Shown: positions 33,947 through 47,445, counted from the stretch's first letter. The stretch: DNA of 64,000 bases from Blepharisma stoltei ATCC 30299 (GCA_965603825.1 CBFDEM010000013.1:434001-498000), one strand, 5' to 3'. The notes: generated by a model not told the origin, from the sequence alone. A program made the numbers and translations.

Positions 33947-35767
33947 TTAGAGATGAAGCTGCTGGGCCAAGTCATGAAGTTCAGCATCCTCTGGATGGTG
34001 GCTAAGCAAAAGTCTTGCCATTTTTTGAGCATCTTTAGCAGAGTAAACTTCTTGGTTCGCTAGGTGGCACCTAATAAGCCCTTTTCCAGCCCTCAGCAAA
34101 GGTTTTTGTTTATAAAGAATATCAGTGAATTTCAAGAAGTTCTCATAGGAATTAAAATTCATTTTTCTCATAACATAAAAGTGAAAATCACATTGGTCAT
34201 CAAACATATCTGAATATTGCTTATCAACCCATTCAAATTCCGCTTTAGCTTTTGCAAATTCTCCTAGACGAAGGTAAGCCTCAGCCATTTCGTTTTCAAC
34301 CCAAGTGCTTTGCATGTCGTGAGTATTTAATTCTCCTCTTTCTCTTGAGAACAGACCAAGTAACTCTTCTGCTTGTGCAGGCTGATTGTTTCTAAAGAGA
34401 TATTTAGCACTCTTATTGTTGAGATATCTGTCAGAGAAATCTAAATTTCTTGCTTCTTCGACTTCGTTGATGGCTTCTTGGAGCCTCCCCATATGCTTTA
34501 ATATTCTACCCTTAGTAAGATATAAATCAGGTACTGTAGGCGTATGATCAATAGCTTGGGTAATTAACTTTAAAGCATCTTCATGGTTTTTTAAGTAATC
34601 TTGTATTTTGCTGTATAGCAATAAAATCCACATTAAGCACTGTGGCTCCTCTTTTGGACCATTTTCGTGGGTCCACGCATTATATTCGATCACTGCAAAA
34701 GATCCTGAAGCTGTAAGCGCTTCAATGTGAGCTTTAATAATGTTTATAATTGTTTCGGCTTTAGCTGGGGTTTTGAGGAGTCCTTTTATATCTGAAAAAA
34801 GTGAAGGAATACCTTTGCGAACTCGTTTGATCATATACCTATCAAAAGCTGCAGGGAATCCTGCTACGTCTAATAAGTCAAGTTCTAGCCTAAACATCAT
34901 GGTGCTTCGTGGAAATGCCCCTTGGAGCTCTGTATATAAACCTAAAATTTCTTCAGGATTCTTGCATCTCTGCAGCATTTCATGATAAATTGAATTTTCT
35001 GGGTTTAAATTCAAAAGCTCTCTAACTAGCACTTCAGCCTGTTCTTTTTTCCCTAATTCCAGCAAACATCTGACCATTATTTCTTTCCAAAGCACTTGGT
35101 CTAATATCCCTGATTTATTTTCATTCAAGCATTTTTCGAGCCCTACATAATTTCTCATATCTTCCAAAATTTTTGCCTTATAAAGCAAACTCTCTGAAAG
35201 CTCAATTTTGCTTAAGTTTGCTCCCATTGACTTGATTAACGATTCTATCACTTTGCAAGCTTTTTCACCATCACCACTTAAGTGTTCAGCGACTGCATAG
35301 CTTGCCCAGTTAATCATGACTGTTGGATTTCCTGTCAAAATCGCTAGTCTTGTATCACGAAAAGATTTAAAGTCTCGAGTTTGGAGCTGCAAAAGGCTCA
35401 GATTTCTGACAATAGCTGGGTTTTGTGGACTGATGGTATTGGCTTTTTGTATTGATTTGTAAGCCTCTGCATAGTTTCTGTCATTATTTTGTATTAAAGA
35501 GAGAGAATACCAGCATAAAGCGCTTTTCAAGTTTTTCATTAATCCGCGCTTGGCAAAATCTATTGCTTCGTCCTTACGGCCTAGAGAGCTTAAAATGTTT
35601 CCTTTGAGGGATAAAGCATCACCATTTTCTGGGTAAGTTTCTAAAGCCTTGTCGACGTGCTTAAGGGCTTTTGCATATTGTCTCTTGTCTATTAGTTGAA
35701 GCGCTTGGCGAATGTGCCCTCCTTCTTTTTGTGCAAAGGACTCAGCCACTGCTCCAAATGACTCCAT
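33947..35767 (-). CDS. NAA15: NatA auxiliary subunit NAA15/Nat1
   Basis: N-terminal TPRs; KGIPSLFSDIK, AIDHTPTVPDLYLTKGRILKHMG, ARNLDFSDRYLNNKSAKY, DDQCDFHFYVMRK. Confidence 0.93.
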   Translation of the reverse strand: MESFGAVAESFAQKEGGHIRQALQLIDKRQYAKALKHVDKALETYPENGDALSLKGNILSSLGRKDEAIDFAKRGLMKNLKSALCWYSLSLIQNNDRNYAEAYKSIQKANTISPQNPAIVRNLSLLQLQTRDFKSFRDTRLAILTGNPTVMINWASYAVAEHLSGDGEKACKVIESLIKSMGANLSKIELSESLLYKAKILEDMRNYVGLEKCLNENKSGILDQVLWKEIMVRCLLELGKKEQAEVLVRELLNLNPENSIYHEMLQRCKNPEEILGLYTELQGAFPRSTMMFRLELDLLDVAGFPAAFDRYMIKRVRKGIPSLFSDIKGLLKTPAKAETIINIIKAHIEALTASGSFAVIEYNAWTHENGPKEEPQCLMWILLLYSKIQDYLKNHEDALKLITQAIDHTPTVPDLYLTKGRILKHMGRLQEAINEVEEARNLDFSDRYLNNKSAKYLFRNNQPAQAEELLGLFSRERGELNTHDMQSTWVENEMAEAYLRLGEFAKAKAEFEWVDKQYSDMFDDQCDFHFYVMRKMNFNSYENFLKFTDILYKQKPLLRAGKGLIRCHLANQEVYSAKDAQKMARLLLSHHPEDAELHDLAQQLHL

Positions 35768-36220
35768 ATTATGAGACTAAATAATATAATATCTATCATT
35801 TGGGATATAAATACCTAGAGTTGAAGCTAAGCTTTTATAATAAAATTACGAATGATTCAAAAAAAGACCAAGCATTCTTAATAATATATAAATTCGAAAT
35901 TTGAGCTAAAAAAAGCTAAAAGAACGATAGTTGGCTATAAAGAAATATATTATATAAAGATATAAACCTTTTAATTAAAAATGAGATAGCTAAAATGACC
36001 TAATAAAAATTTCTATTATATTATCAGAATTATAAAATTAATAATGAAAGGCTTGTCTCCCGACACCAAATTAAGAAACATACAAATAAATTATAGCAAC
36101 GATACTAAGTATGTATCCCTTCTAGATTACTTTAGCCTTCAGTTTAAAACGAAAGAATAAGATTTTATCGATAAATTACACACTATTGAACTTTTTATGT
36201 TAGAAACAATTTAATTAAAT

Positions 36221-36640
36221 CTAGTCTTGATCAGATAAAGATTGAGAGGAATGAGAATTTGTTGAAGATTCACTAAAAGATTGTGAAGAAGTTGCATTCG
36301 CAAGCTCAGTTCCATATGCAGCGCCTCTTAAGCTTATATCACCTAATAATGTTCCTAATTCTTCATCATGACTTATGGCATGTTTAATGTGTGATGGTTT
36401 TATACACTTTTTTTGTCTTTGCAAAGAAACATCTCCTGCTATATCAAGAACTTCAGCTGTGAGATATTCTAATACTGCAGTTAAAAAGACTGATGCCTTT
36501 TGGCTCGTTGACGGAGCAATATGAGCTTTTTTGATCTTTTTTGATATTTTAAAGATAGGGAAAATGAGATCACACGTTGAAGATTGAGAATCATGGTCAG
36601 ATGAATTAGAGGCAAAAGAAAGCTTGTTTGGCTTTGACAT
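36221..36640 (-). CDS. Divergent histone H2A-like protein
   Basis: LIFP, VFLTAVLEYLTAEVLDIAG, IKPSHIKHAISHDEEL form an H2A fold; start is 36640 or 36655. Confidence 0.85.
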   Translation of the reverse strand: MSKPNKLSFASNSSDHDSQSSTCDLIFPIFKISKKIKKAHIAPSTSQKASVFLTAVLEYLTAEVLDIAGDVSLQRQKKCIKPSHIKHAISHDEELGTLLGDISLRGAAYGTELANATSSQSFSESSTNSHSSQSLSDQD

Positions 36641-36939
36641 TATATAAAGAGGCATTAGCTTATTATCTAGTAAATATCTTATGATTTAAATAAAATTAAT
36701 TAAATGTCCTTTACTTTATAATCGAAGAGATTTTGATTCTTCTCTTTGATTAAAACATGATGTTTACCTGAATTTTAATTTAAGATTTCTTTGATTTAAA
36801 TTATGGTTGGAGAAAAGCTTATTTAGTTGTAAATGCTTGATTAAATTTATTTTTGTAAGAGCCATTTTAATTGATTTTTACTTTTATGCATATTTGTCTA
36901 AATTTCCTTTGCACATAAATATATAATAGCCATATTTCT

Positions 36940-36982
36940 TTATAATATCAAAAATCGTTATAATATCAAAAATCGTTATAAT
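36940..36982. repeat. 18-bp tandem duplication
   Basis: TTATAATATCAAAAATCG twice, followed by TTATAAT. Confidence 0.8.
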
Positions 36983-37550
36983 TAAAAGAATCAATAATGA
37001 GTTAAATGCAAGTTTTAATAATAGTCCTTGGAAATGAGTAAATTAAATGTATAGGCACGCTTATAATAACTTAATAATACAAATTTTCTGAAAACATTTT
37101 GAATCTTTTGATTATTTCTATTTTACAAAGATTTTTGAACTTTGATCTATATTGATTCAATTTATTAATTCGTTTACTTTAGTTTCTATTTATAACTCAC
37201 TTGCCACTTTATTAAATCATCCTTTTAAAACTTATCAGAATCATCATGAAGTGTGCTGAGTAATTTTCTTTATTTAAATCTCCTTTTTCATATCCCGTTC
37301 TTTCATTCAACCTGAATTTTTTACCTCCTCATTTTCTCTGAATTAAAATAATTTCAAATTTCTCATTTCCTTTTATTTTATTACATCAACCATTCATAAT
37401 TTATTATTATAATTTTATATTTTCTCGACTCTCTTAGTCATTTGACAACAAAACTTAAAATTATTGTAAACAGTTTTCCATCTTTGCTGGATGTAAAACA
37501 GCATCCTGAAAACGGGCGAAAAAATAGGGGTTAAATAAAATATTAATAGA

Positions 37551-38789
37551 ATGGGAAGTGGTTGCTGCAAGAACGCACTCGAAGATATTGAAGTAGAAAA
37601 CAGCAAAGCGAAATCTGGTAACTCAGGAAACGTAAGTTTAAACACGACTTTTTCAATTCTTGAAGACAACTATGATTCAATCCCAAACCTCCTTAATAAG
37701 CGATCACCAAAAAATGCCAAATCTGTTAATGGGCTTTCTGGGCTAGAAAACGTAGGGAATAGCTGCTATATAAATGCAGCATTACAATGCATACTTAACT
37801 GCCAACCATTAGCTGATTATTTTCTGTCAGATGTTTACAAAAAAGACATCAAGGCATCGATGACTATGAAAGGACAAGTAACAATAGCTTTGGCAGAAAT
37901 TGTGAAAACTTATTGGAAAGATGGGTTTGATGTTATCGTGCCAAGATATTTGGTACAAGAAATTTGAAACAATGCTTCTACAATTGAAGCTGGGAAAGAA
38001 AATGATGTTCATGAATTAATGTCGTTTTTGCTTGACCGGCTTCACCAAGATTTAAATAGAGCTTTTATTAGCCCAGCTCTTGGGTGTATTGACATAAATG
38101 ACAATACACAGGAAACAAAAGCAGCTAAAGCTTGGCAGCTTCATTTAGGAAGCCACTCATCGATTATTGTGGATCTTTTCCAAGGGCAGCTTCGGTCTAC
38201 AGTAACATGTAAAGAATGTTCTTTCCAATCACAAAAATTCGATGAGTTTTCGTCACTAAGCCTGCCTATTCCACAGCGAGGGAGCTCTTTTACTTTAAAC
38301 GACTGTCTAAAAGAATTCACTACAAAAGAAGAGCTAGAAAAAGCGTGGTTTTGCCCAAGATGCAATAAATCTGTAAAAGCATTTAAAAAATTCGACATTT
38401 GGAAAGTCCCACCAATTCTTGTGATTCACTTAAAACGATTTAAGCTAATCAACAAAGAAGTTCAAAAAATAGAAAACTTCGTGGATTACCCAATAAAAGA
38501 TTTAAATTTAAGCAAGTTTGTGTCTGGGCCACAAAGAGAAAAACCAGTGTATGACCTGTATGCGAAAATTGACCATGAAGGAAATATGGGATCTGGGCAT
38601 TATACAGCGACAGCAAAAAATAGGAATAATACTGCGTGACATTTATTTGATGACTCAAATGTGTATTCGGTAGTCCCAGAGCAGTGCGTAGACGAAAACG
38701 CATATGTATTGTTTTATCAGAAGGTCAGTGTTGATAAATACTTTAGGCAGTCAAAAAATAAGCCAAACAATTGGCCTCATGTAATTTAG
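37551..38789 (+). CDS. Ubiquitin-specific protease (peptidase C19) with N-acylation motif
   Basis: MGSGCC start; Cys box [17 protein letters not shown]; His box [12 protein letters not shown]...A(TGA=W)HLFDDS; AYVLFY; ends TAG 38787-38789. Confidence 0.92.
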
Positions 38790-38874
38790 AAGATTTGCAC
38801 ACAATTTTTATATTACTTTTACAATTGTATGTAAAAGATTAAATAATATTGCTTTTATAAAAAATATACAAATT

Positions 38875-41800
38875 TTAAATATTTTCTGAGTTCAAATCTT
38901 GCATTTGTCTCTCGATTCTTGCTCGAGATTCCATTAGGGCAGCGATTTTAGCTTTTACATCAGTTTTAGAAGGAGTGGATTGAAGAGATCTAAAAGTAGC
39001 AGATGTGTTTTCTTTAGATTTAAACGGTGATGGTCTTTCTGGCGATCTTCTGCTTGGAGATGAAACTCGTAAATGCCTCAATGGTGATTCAACTTCGGTA
39101 GATTCCATCAGCCTTGAAGCAGTTGAAGCTAGACGATCTTGGTGCTCTTTTTGCAGCTCTTTTCTTGATGGAGATTTAGAAGGGGAAGTTGGAGAATAAT
39201 CTTCCTTAAAATGAGGCAGAGATTCAATATCATGAATAGAAGGAGAACGATTTCTTGGGCTTTTAGATGCAGGAGATGGCTTGCCATAAGGCGATAGTGG
39301 AATTGATCTCATAGGGGTATTCAACAAAGTAATTGCCCTTTCTTTGTACTCCTTAGCCCTCTGAGCTAATTCTTTTTGCAAATTATCAAAAAGCTGTTGA
39401 TTTTTCATCTGCAAATCAGCAAGTTCTTCAGAAAGCTTGTTCTTATCAAATTCTGATTGATTATAATGATTTTTCCAATCCTCACCTATTTTGGTTACCT
39501 GATCTAAAAGGGCATTTTTTTCTTCAAGCTGCTGATGCAACTTTTCAATCTCATATTTCATGTCATCAAATGAACTTTTGAGGTATTTACTCTCTGCAAT
39601 TTTATCTGATAAATCTTTTCCTATTGATTCTATGTCAGCTGATATCGCAAGATTGATGCTTTCTTTTTCTTTAAGATTTTCTTGAAGTATTGATTGCTGA
39701 TATCTTGCTTCTTTGAGCTCATTTTGGATATTTTCATTTTCTACAGACTTATTGTCGAGTAGATTTTTATATTCTTCTATTTCTAGCCTTAATCTTTCAT
39801 TTTCTTGGCTAAAATTATCTGAATTATACTGAAGCTGGGCTATTAATGAGTCCTTTTGATCGATTTGAATTTTACCCTTATGAATTTCTTCTTGCAGCGA
39901 ATTGAAGCTGCTTTGAGACAACTTTTGGATTTCTTCCAGCTTATATTGAAGTTGAGCAATTAGTGAATCTTTTTGATCATTTTTTAATTTTCCTTGTCTA
40001 ATTTCTTCTTGCAATGCATCAAAACTATTTTGCGATAAATTTTGCACTTCTTCAAGCTTATTTTGAGAAATATTTAATAAATCATCTAGTCTGCGTCTAT
40101 GAGAGTTGGCTGCTTCAAAGTCTCTTTCAATCTGCTTTCGCCTTATTTTTTCTTCTTCTAACTGTGCCTTTAAGTCTCTGTTTTCTAAAATAACTGACTC
40201 CTTTTCTTTAACAAATAAATTATCAAGTTTTTGGTTTTCTAATTTTGACTGATGAATGAATTCATCCAATGATCGCTTTAATCTCATATTTTCCTCTTTT
40301 AAAGACTTGTTTTCAGTGGATGATAAATAGTTTGTGTGGTTAGCTTCTTCTAAGTTTTTCTTTAATATTGACATGTCCCTTGCTAGTTCTTGATTGATGG
40401 CAGATATTTCTAACAATCTTGATTGTTGATAGCTTTGGTCATCTTTTAATCTCATTTTCTCATCAATTTCTATTTGCATATGCTGGCTGCTAGCCTTCAG
40501 CTCTGCATAAGCTTCGCTTACAGCTTGCAATTCTGCTCGATTAGCTCTATACTCTCTCATAACTTGATCCAGTCTCAAATTCAATTCATCAATCTGATTA
40601 TTTTTCGAAAAAATTTCTGTTTCCACTTCATGATTATTATGTGGAATATAAGAAAAGCTTTTATTTACACTGATGGGTGCAGATTTACCATCATATCTTC
40701 ATGGACTTTTTATTTCATTTTTTAATTTTTCCAATTTATCTCCAGATCCAAAACTCCCATTTCTTTTTAAATGCTTCTTATTAGATTGCTCAGCTGACAG
40801 TCTTCTTTTTAAATAGGAAGGCTTTTGCACACTTTTTGCTTCTTTTATTTCTGAATTTTTCTGAGGAGTTTTAGTCTTTAATGGGGTATTTTCTCTGGAT
40901 TTTGGCTGAGATGAACGACCTTTTGTTATGTCACTTCCTAGCGCTAGACAGGAATTCGATCCGCAAGATATAAATTTTACTTGTTTGCCTTGTAGACCTA
41001 TAATAGGGACAGGCTTTACGCGAGTTTCATAGTCTCCAGTTCCAAGTTCACCGTTTGAATTTGATCCCCAAGCATATACTGAAAAGTTATTATCAATTGC
41101 CATGCCAAAGCACCCACCAACTCCTATATCTCTTATTGGATTTGCAAAACTGAATCTTTGAGGCACTAGAAATTCTCCAAAGATTCCAGTGCCTCACACA
41201 TAGACTTGGCCTTTGTCACTTAGCACCGCTGTGTGGTTTCCACAAGCAATTTTTGATATAAAAATCCCATCAAGATTTTGAACCTGTTTTGGAATACTAA
41301 CACTTTTTTTATTGCCAAGGCCTAATTGTCCAAAGGAATTTCCTCCCATCATATAGACTGATCCTGATTTTGTTATAAATCCAGTATGAAATACTCCACA
41401 AGATACTTGCAGAATTTCTTCATTTGATTGAATTCTTATTGGGAGCATTTCTCTTTCTCGACGTCCTGTGCCTAATTGTCCTGCTTCTCCGGCACCAAAT
41501 AAAAATAAAATTCCGCTTTCATAGCCGTCATCGCCCAGAATTGCAGTATGCCGAGATCCACAAGACACCTTTTTGCATCGAATAAAATCGGGTATTTTAA
41601 CTTTTACAGGCGATCATTGTGTGTCTGAAGTTCCGTTACCTAAAGCTCCAAATTCTCCAACACCCCATGAAAAAGCATACCCTTCTTCTGTGATAACTAC
41701 TGTATGACCCCATCCACATGATACAGATGATGCTCTATAAAGAGATAAATATTCTACTAAGCAAGGAGAAGGGCATTGTTTAACTGATTGATCGCCAATC

Positions 41801-42015
41801 CCTAATCTTCCTTCACTGTTACTTCCCATAGTAAAAACATGCCCAGATTGAGTTATGAAGCATGAATGCTGTTCACTGCATGAAATATCTTTTATTAGCA
41901 CATTAAAGCTGCAAAATCTCGGCACAGGATATGTCTTACTAGCTTGTTTTGTTCCAAGTCCTAATTGTCCAAAATGATCGCCACCCCACGCAAAAACTTC
42001 TGTATACTCTTCCAT
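38875..42015 (-). CDS. RCC1-repeat protein with long coiled-coil C-terminus (~1046 aa)
   Basis: VFAWGGDHFGQLG, YAWGSNSNGELG, VYV(TGA=W)G; four ORF pieces in one frame joined via TGA. Confidence 0.88.
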
Positions 42016-42107
42016 TTTAACGACCTTTTTAAATTATTTGAATTTTATTAATCGTTCTTAGAATTTTTTTAACTTTTGCATTTAAATGAATTCATTTTAT
42101 TGCAAAT

Positions 42108-44771
42108 TTATTGGGAATTTTTAACAATAACTCTATCTAAGCTGAGTCTTTTGTTATGTCTTAATCGTGATCTCTCAAATGATTTCTCTGCATCATCCAT
42201 AATATAGGAGCTTTGGAAAACCATTGAGTCTTTTAGCTCTGGAATCACAGGCTGCGCATAGAACGATTTATTTGTTGTGTGGAAATATGTGTCTCCTCTT
42301 AGTCCATATACATTATTAGGATTATATGGTAAAAGATATACAAAATTTCCACCATCCTGAGTATTTTCGCTTTCTATATCTGCATCAGGATTTTCCCAAT
42401 TGTATTGTACTCCAATGGAAAGCTCTTTAAGATCTTTCATTTTTAAATCAGAGGTTGTCATGACAGCAACATCAGTGACAGACACTGAATTTCCATTTTC
42501 TCCAATTTTTATTCTTGGGACTGGCTTTAAATAGTCTTCATGTGGAGGTTCTGAAGAAGGAATTGAATGATTTTCCCATCTCATAGAAAAATCTTCATCA
42601 TTCACTTGGCTACTACTTTGAGGGTTTTTATTAATTTTGAATTTTGGTTTATTTGGAGAGGAGGGTGTAGTTTCTTCGGAATTTTCATGAGGATGATTTT
42701 TATTCTTTGGAGATTGTGCTGGGATATTTATTTTTATTTTATCTGATTTTAAGTTGGTGTTTGAAGTTTCATACTGGGCTTCTTCCACTTTTGTTAGCTG
42801 ATTATGGCGAGGCCTATGAGATGAAACTATAGTTGATTGGGAATTATTTGTGTCTGTACTCAATTTTGATAAGGGTCTTGCAGACTCTGAGTTTGTTTGA
42901 TCTCTGCTGTATGAAGTTGAGTTGAATTTATTTTCTTTTCTATTCAAAGTTTCGTGCTCTCCTAAAGTGGAGTTTGAGTCAGAATTATTAGACGAGCTTT
43001 CTTTATATTCATTTTTGGTTCTTATTGGAGATCGCTTTTTAATTGTTTTGTGGTCCATAGTTCGCTCTTGGTCGATTTGATCAATTTCATAGTTCGATCC
43101 TGAGTCTTCATTATTTTTATTTCCTTGTCTTATTCTTTTAACTTCTGAAGCTCCAAGCTTACTTTCATTTAATTCATTGTCTCTGGATGTCTGCCTAGAA
43201 TGGTTCTCACTCCCATTGCGCTTTGAATTTCGAGAAGAATTGATTGGAGATGAGCCTCTTAGGTGTTCTGTTATTGCTTGAGGACTTTCTTGCTCTTTAT
43301 TATCTCCTTTTTTTCCTTTTCTTTCTTCCAAATATTTTAGCTTTTCTTCTTTCTCTTTTACTGAAAATTCTAATTTTTCAATATTTTTCATCAGTTGTGT
43401 GATTTTTCCATATTGACTTTCGAGTTTATCTTGCATTAATGAATTTTCCATAATTTTTTCGTTGTTTTCTTTTTTTAAATTTTCCAACTCACTTTTCAAA
43501 AGTTCATTATCTCTCTTTACGTTTATCAATTCACTCATGCATCCATCTATTTCTCTTTTAACTCTTATCAAATCATTTGCTAGATTTGTTTTTTCTTGCT
43601 CTAGAAAATTAGCTAAAGATTGCTTATTTGATAGTTCTCCTTTGATCTTTTCATTGTTATTTAAGGCTGCTTGAAATTGTCCTTGCAGTTTTTCAATTTG
43701 TGCATTTGCATCTTCTAAGGTTTTTGGGTCCACATAAGGCGCATAAGTTTGACAGTCAGCATCAGATCTGTCACATCTGTTTTCGAATACTTTTAAAACT
43801 CTATGTGCAGTGCTTCTCTGTAAAATTTTAAATTTTCTCATCAATCCAGTTTCTAATTCATCAGGATTTAATAAATTCATATCAAAAATTTTCAGTGTCG
43901 GAATTTCTCTTTCTTTGCTCATTTCTTGATACAGTTCAGATAAAACTTCTGTAGTAGCTCCACTTTGGATCTCATAAAGTCTCTTCGCCTTTTGTTTAAG
44001 ATGTTGAAACTCATTATCATCAGATCCAAAAAGTTCATCAATTTCTGCTTTGATTTTTTCTTCTTCAATTCTCATCGATTTTACAAGCTCTTCAGAGGCC
44101 CCTTGAAGTTCAAGAATTTTACATTCTAGCTCTTTGACTTGCTTCTGTAATGAAAGTTTGGAAACTTTATTTATTTTGTTTTGAGTTTTGAATTCTTCAA
44201 AAATGTTTAAAAACAAATTTTTCATATGAGAGTTTATTCTGGAAACGGAGCTTGCTGATTCTTGGGAGTGAGTTTTCATCATAGGAATGATTTCATCATA
44301 GCATTGTTGCCATAATTCAAACTCTTCAGTTAATGAAGATAAGGATTTAACTGATTTTTTTTGAGATTTTTGGATTTCATATGACTCAATTCTTTCTAGC
44401 ATTTCTCATTTCGTTTGCTTTCCACTAGATTTAACTTTCGGTTCCATGAACTCAGAAATTATCATATCATCCTGTGAGTAGTTAACTGATTTTGAACAAA
44501 TTCCAGCTGTTCTGCACTTAGGAGATATCGATCCTGTTTCTCGAGGAGTCTGATTGAAAAATTTGCGAATGTTTTGTGGATCATAAAATGTTTGGGATTT
44601 CTCATTAGGAAACACATAGAAATTAAATTCTGGGGAAGTAACTTGTGGGGTCATCCTTGTAATTTGTTGGCTCACTTCTCGAGCCTTGCTTGATATTGGA
44701 GGTAATGATTTTTTAGGATTTGACGAAGGTCGAGATATTTTTGAGTCGACTGAAGAATGCCGTTTATTCAT
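42108..44771 (-). CDS. Coiled-coil / low-complexity hypothetical protein (887 aa)
   Basis: ORFs 44406-44771 and 42108-44402 joined in frame by TGA. Confidence 0.8.
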
Positions 44772-44882
44772 TTATTGAACTTATATGAAATATTTATATT
44801 AAAACTGAAATAAAACTCATTTATTTGCATGAATATTTATCAAACTCATATAAAAATATAAGTCAAAAAGAAATTAATAGTT

Positions 44883-47445
44883 TTAATCGCAAAATTCTTT
44901 AGCGTGCAAAAGTTTTTTTCCCATTCCAAATCTTTGCAGGTCTCCATAAATTTCTTTGAAAACTTCCACAGCTTCATTATATTTCGAAATTCCTAAAAGA
45001 AGCACTCCTTTCCAATACATTGCCTTCGTTCTCAGTATATCTTGCTTTTCTTCATTTTTTTCATATCTGAGATATAATAAATAATCATCAAGTGCGCATA
45101 GCCCATCTTCCATATGAACCTTAAATTTTCCTGCTATTTTTCCTATTTTATATAAGAAAGTTGTATCAGAGCATATCGAAAGTCCTATATAAGAATTCGA
45201 AATTTTTGATGGAGAAACCAATGGCATTTCATTTTTATTAGTATTTAATTTCATTTCAGTTTGGTCAGATGCTAATTCTGTATTAATCATTAAGCTTTCA
45301 AATCTCTTATGATTTCCAAAACTTTTAAATCTTTCACTAAATGTACCTACCCTTCTATGAGTTTTTGATTTATCTTCTCTGGGCGATATTGGAGAATTAA
45401 AAATTATATCGTCAGCTAATATTTTTTGCTTTCTTGGAGGTGATTTTGTCTTATTTTGCTCAGAAGTTACTTGTGGGACATGGCTTATGTTTTTATACAT
45501 GTTATAATTAAATATAGAAGCAGATTTAACAGCTCTGGAAGCAGCAGATAAAAGTTGCTGGAGTGTTGTAGCTTTTTGGAGGTTATTCGTATAAAATAAT
45601 GAAGGGTCTGGAATAGGAGGTAAGACTTGTGCAAGGCATTTTAGCAGTGTGATCGCTTTAGCTGGCTTATCCACAAGCACTAAGATTTTTGCATAAATTA
45701 TATGTGCTTGCATTCATACAAAAGTTGGAATTTGATTGTTTTTGCATTTCAGCACCATTTCTTTTCCAACCATTTTCATAAACTGATAATCACCTATAAT
45801 TTTCAAGTACTTCATCAATTGAAAGTATCCAATCATTCTTCCATTAGACCACTTTACCGAGTTTTGGAGTAACTTAATTGACTCTTTTTGGTTTCCTTCA
45901 CACCATAATATTTTTGCTATTAAAAGCTCTCCATACTGTTTTTGGAAACTTTTAACATCTTCACATAGAGATTTGCAGTTATTTATTTCTTCATCACTCA
46001 TTTGTGCACTCAAGGATTTTTCAATGGTTTCATAAGCCATCATACTTTCATTTATGCTTCGGACATGGTCTTTCATTTCTGTCACTTTTTTCATCTCCGA
46101 GGTTTCCAAATATTTTAATGAATTTTTCATAGCGTAAAATTCTTCAACACTCTGCCTTACAGTTCTATAGGCTTTTGCGAGCCAAAAATAAATGGATCCA
46201 TATCTAAACTCATCACATAGTTTAATGGATTCTTCTAATGCTCCTATAGCTGAGCCTATGCAAGTGTAATCTTGAGCCTTAACTATTAGTTTTCCATATT
46301 GGTATAATAAAACTGTATAGTTAGGATAATCAAGATAATGCTGCTGAAGCACTTGGAAGCATTCTCTGAATTTATTTTGTCGGAAAAGTGTTTTTGCATA
46401 TCTAATACATAGAATTATGTTGTAGTACAAATTTTCTGAAGCAGAAATATAAGAAAATGCAATGGCTGCAATTTCTTCAGCACCATCATATTGGTGACTT
46501 TTATAGTAATGCTCCCACAGTCTTACATACGCTTCTGGCCGAAATGGATAAATCTGTATTAAAGCTTTGAGGACTTCTTTTGCCTTAGAAATTTGATTTT
46601 CTCTCATAAAAATTTCACTTCATGCTAAGTAGCCATAGTATAGATCAATATCTTTGATTTTTGTAGCATAAAATTGAGGCAATTCGATTTCTTTGGCTGG
46701 ATCTAATAAATCTGTAAATGATAAATTGAGCAATCCTCATAAAGTTTCAATTTTTTCTATGCAAGAATCTAAGAGAGATTTACATGTCAATGCTTCGCCT
46801 TTGGTAGTGCAAAATGATTTAGATTGAACCAATGAGTACCAAATTTTATATATATCGTCACTATGATTGAGCTTTGCTGCTTCTTTTAAATGAAAAATAG
46901 CTTTATCCATTCTTCCTAGATAAGTGTACAATTTTCCTAAACCAAAATGAGCTTCGTGGCAATCTGAAATTTTCGACAGCAAATTTGAGAAAATTTTATG
47001 AGTCTGTGAGATTTCATGATCTGGAATTATATCGCGAATAGATTTCCCAGATACTATATATAGCATAAAACATGAGGCTGGCTCAAGTTTTACTTTATTA
47101 AGCGAAAATTCTTGAATGCTTTCTCTGAAGATTTCTTCTTTTATATCATCACCATTATCTGGAATATATTCTGGATCTTCAGAATCTGAAAAAAGAACTT
47201 CGGCGACATCAGTAGATTGATGCCTTAGCCGCTTAGCTTTAGATATCATTGTACGATTTTTTTTTGCATATTCGGACATGAGGGAGAGGATTTTCATTTA
47301 ACTTTCTTTCTTCTTGGCAGCAGTCTTCAGGAAGCTCTAAAAAACTTTCTATTAAAACGTTTTTTTCTGTATCTGTTTCGTAGAAAAGAGGACCATCTTT
47401 GTCTATTTGAAAAGTTTTGACACTAGAGCTATCTTCTTGAGACAT
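44883..47445 (-). CDS. TPR-like helical repeat protein with a frame discontinuity near its 5' end
   Basis: 44883-47297 is one frame via TGAs (AHFGLGKLY, YPFRPEAYVRLW); upstream ORF 47239-47445 is offset by one base. Confidence 0.75.
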
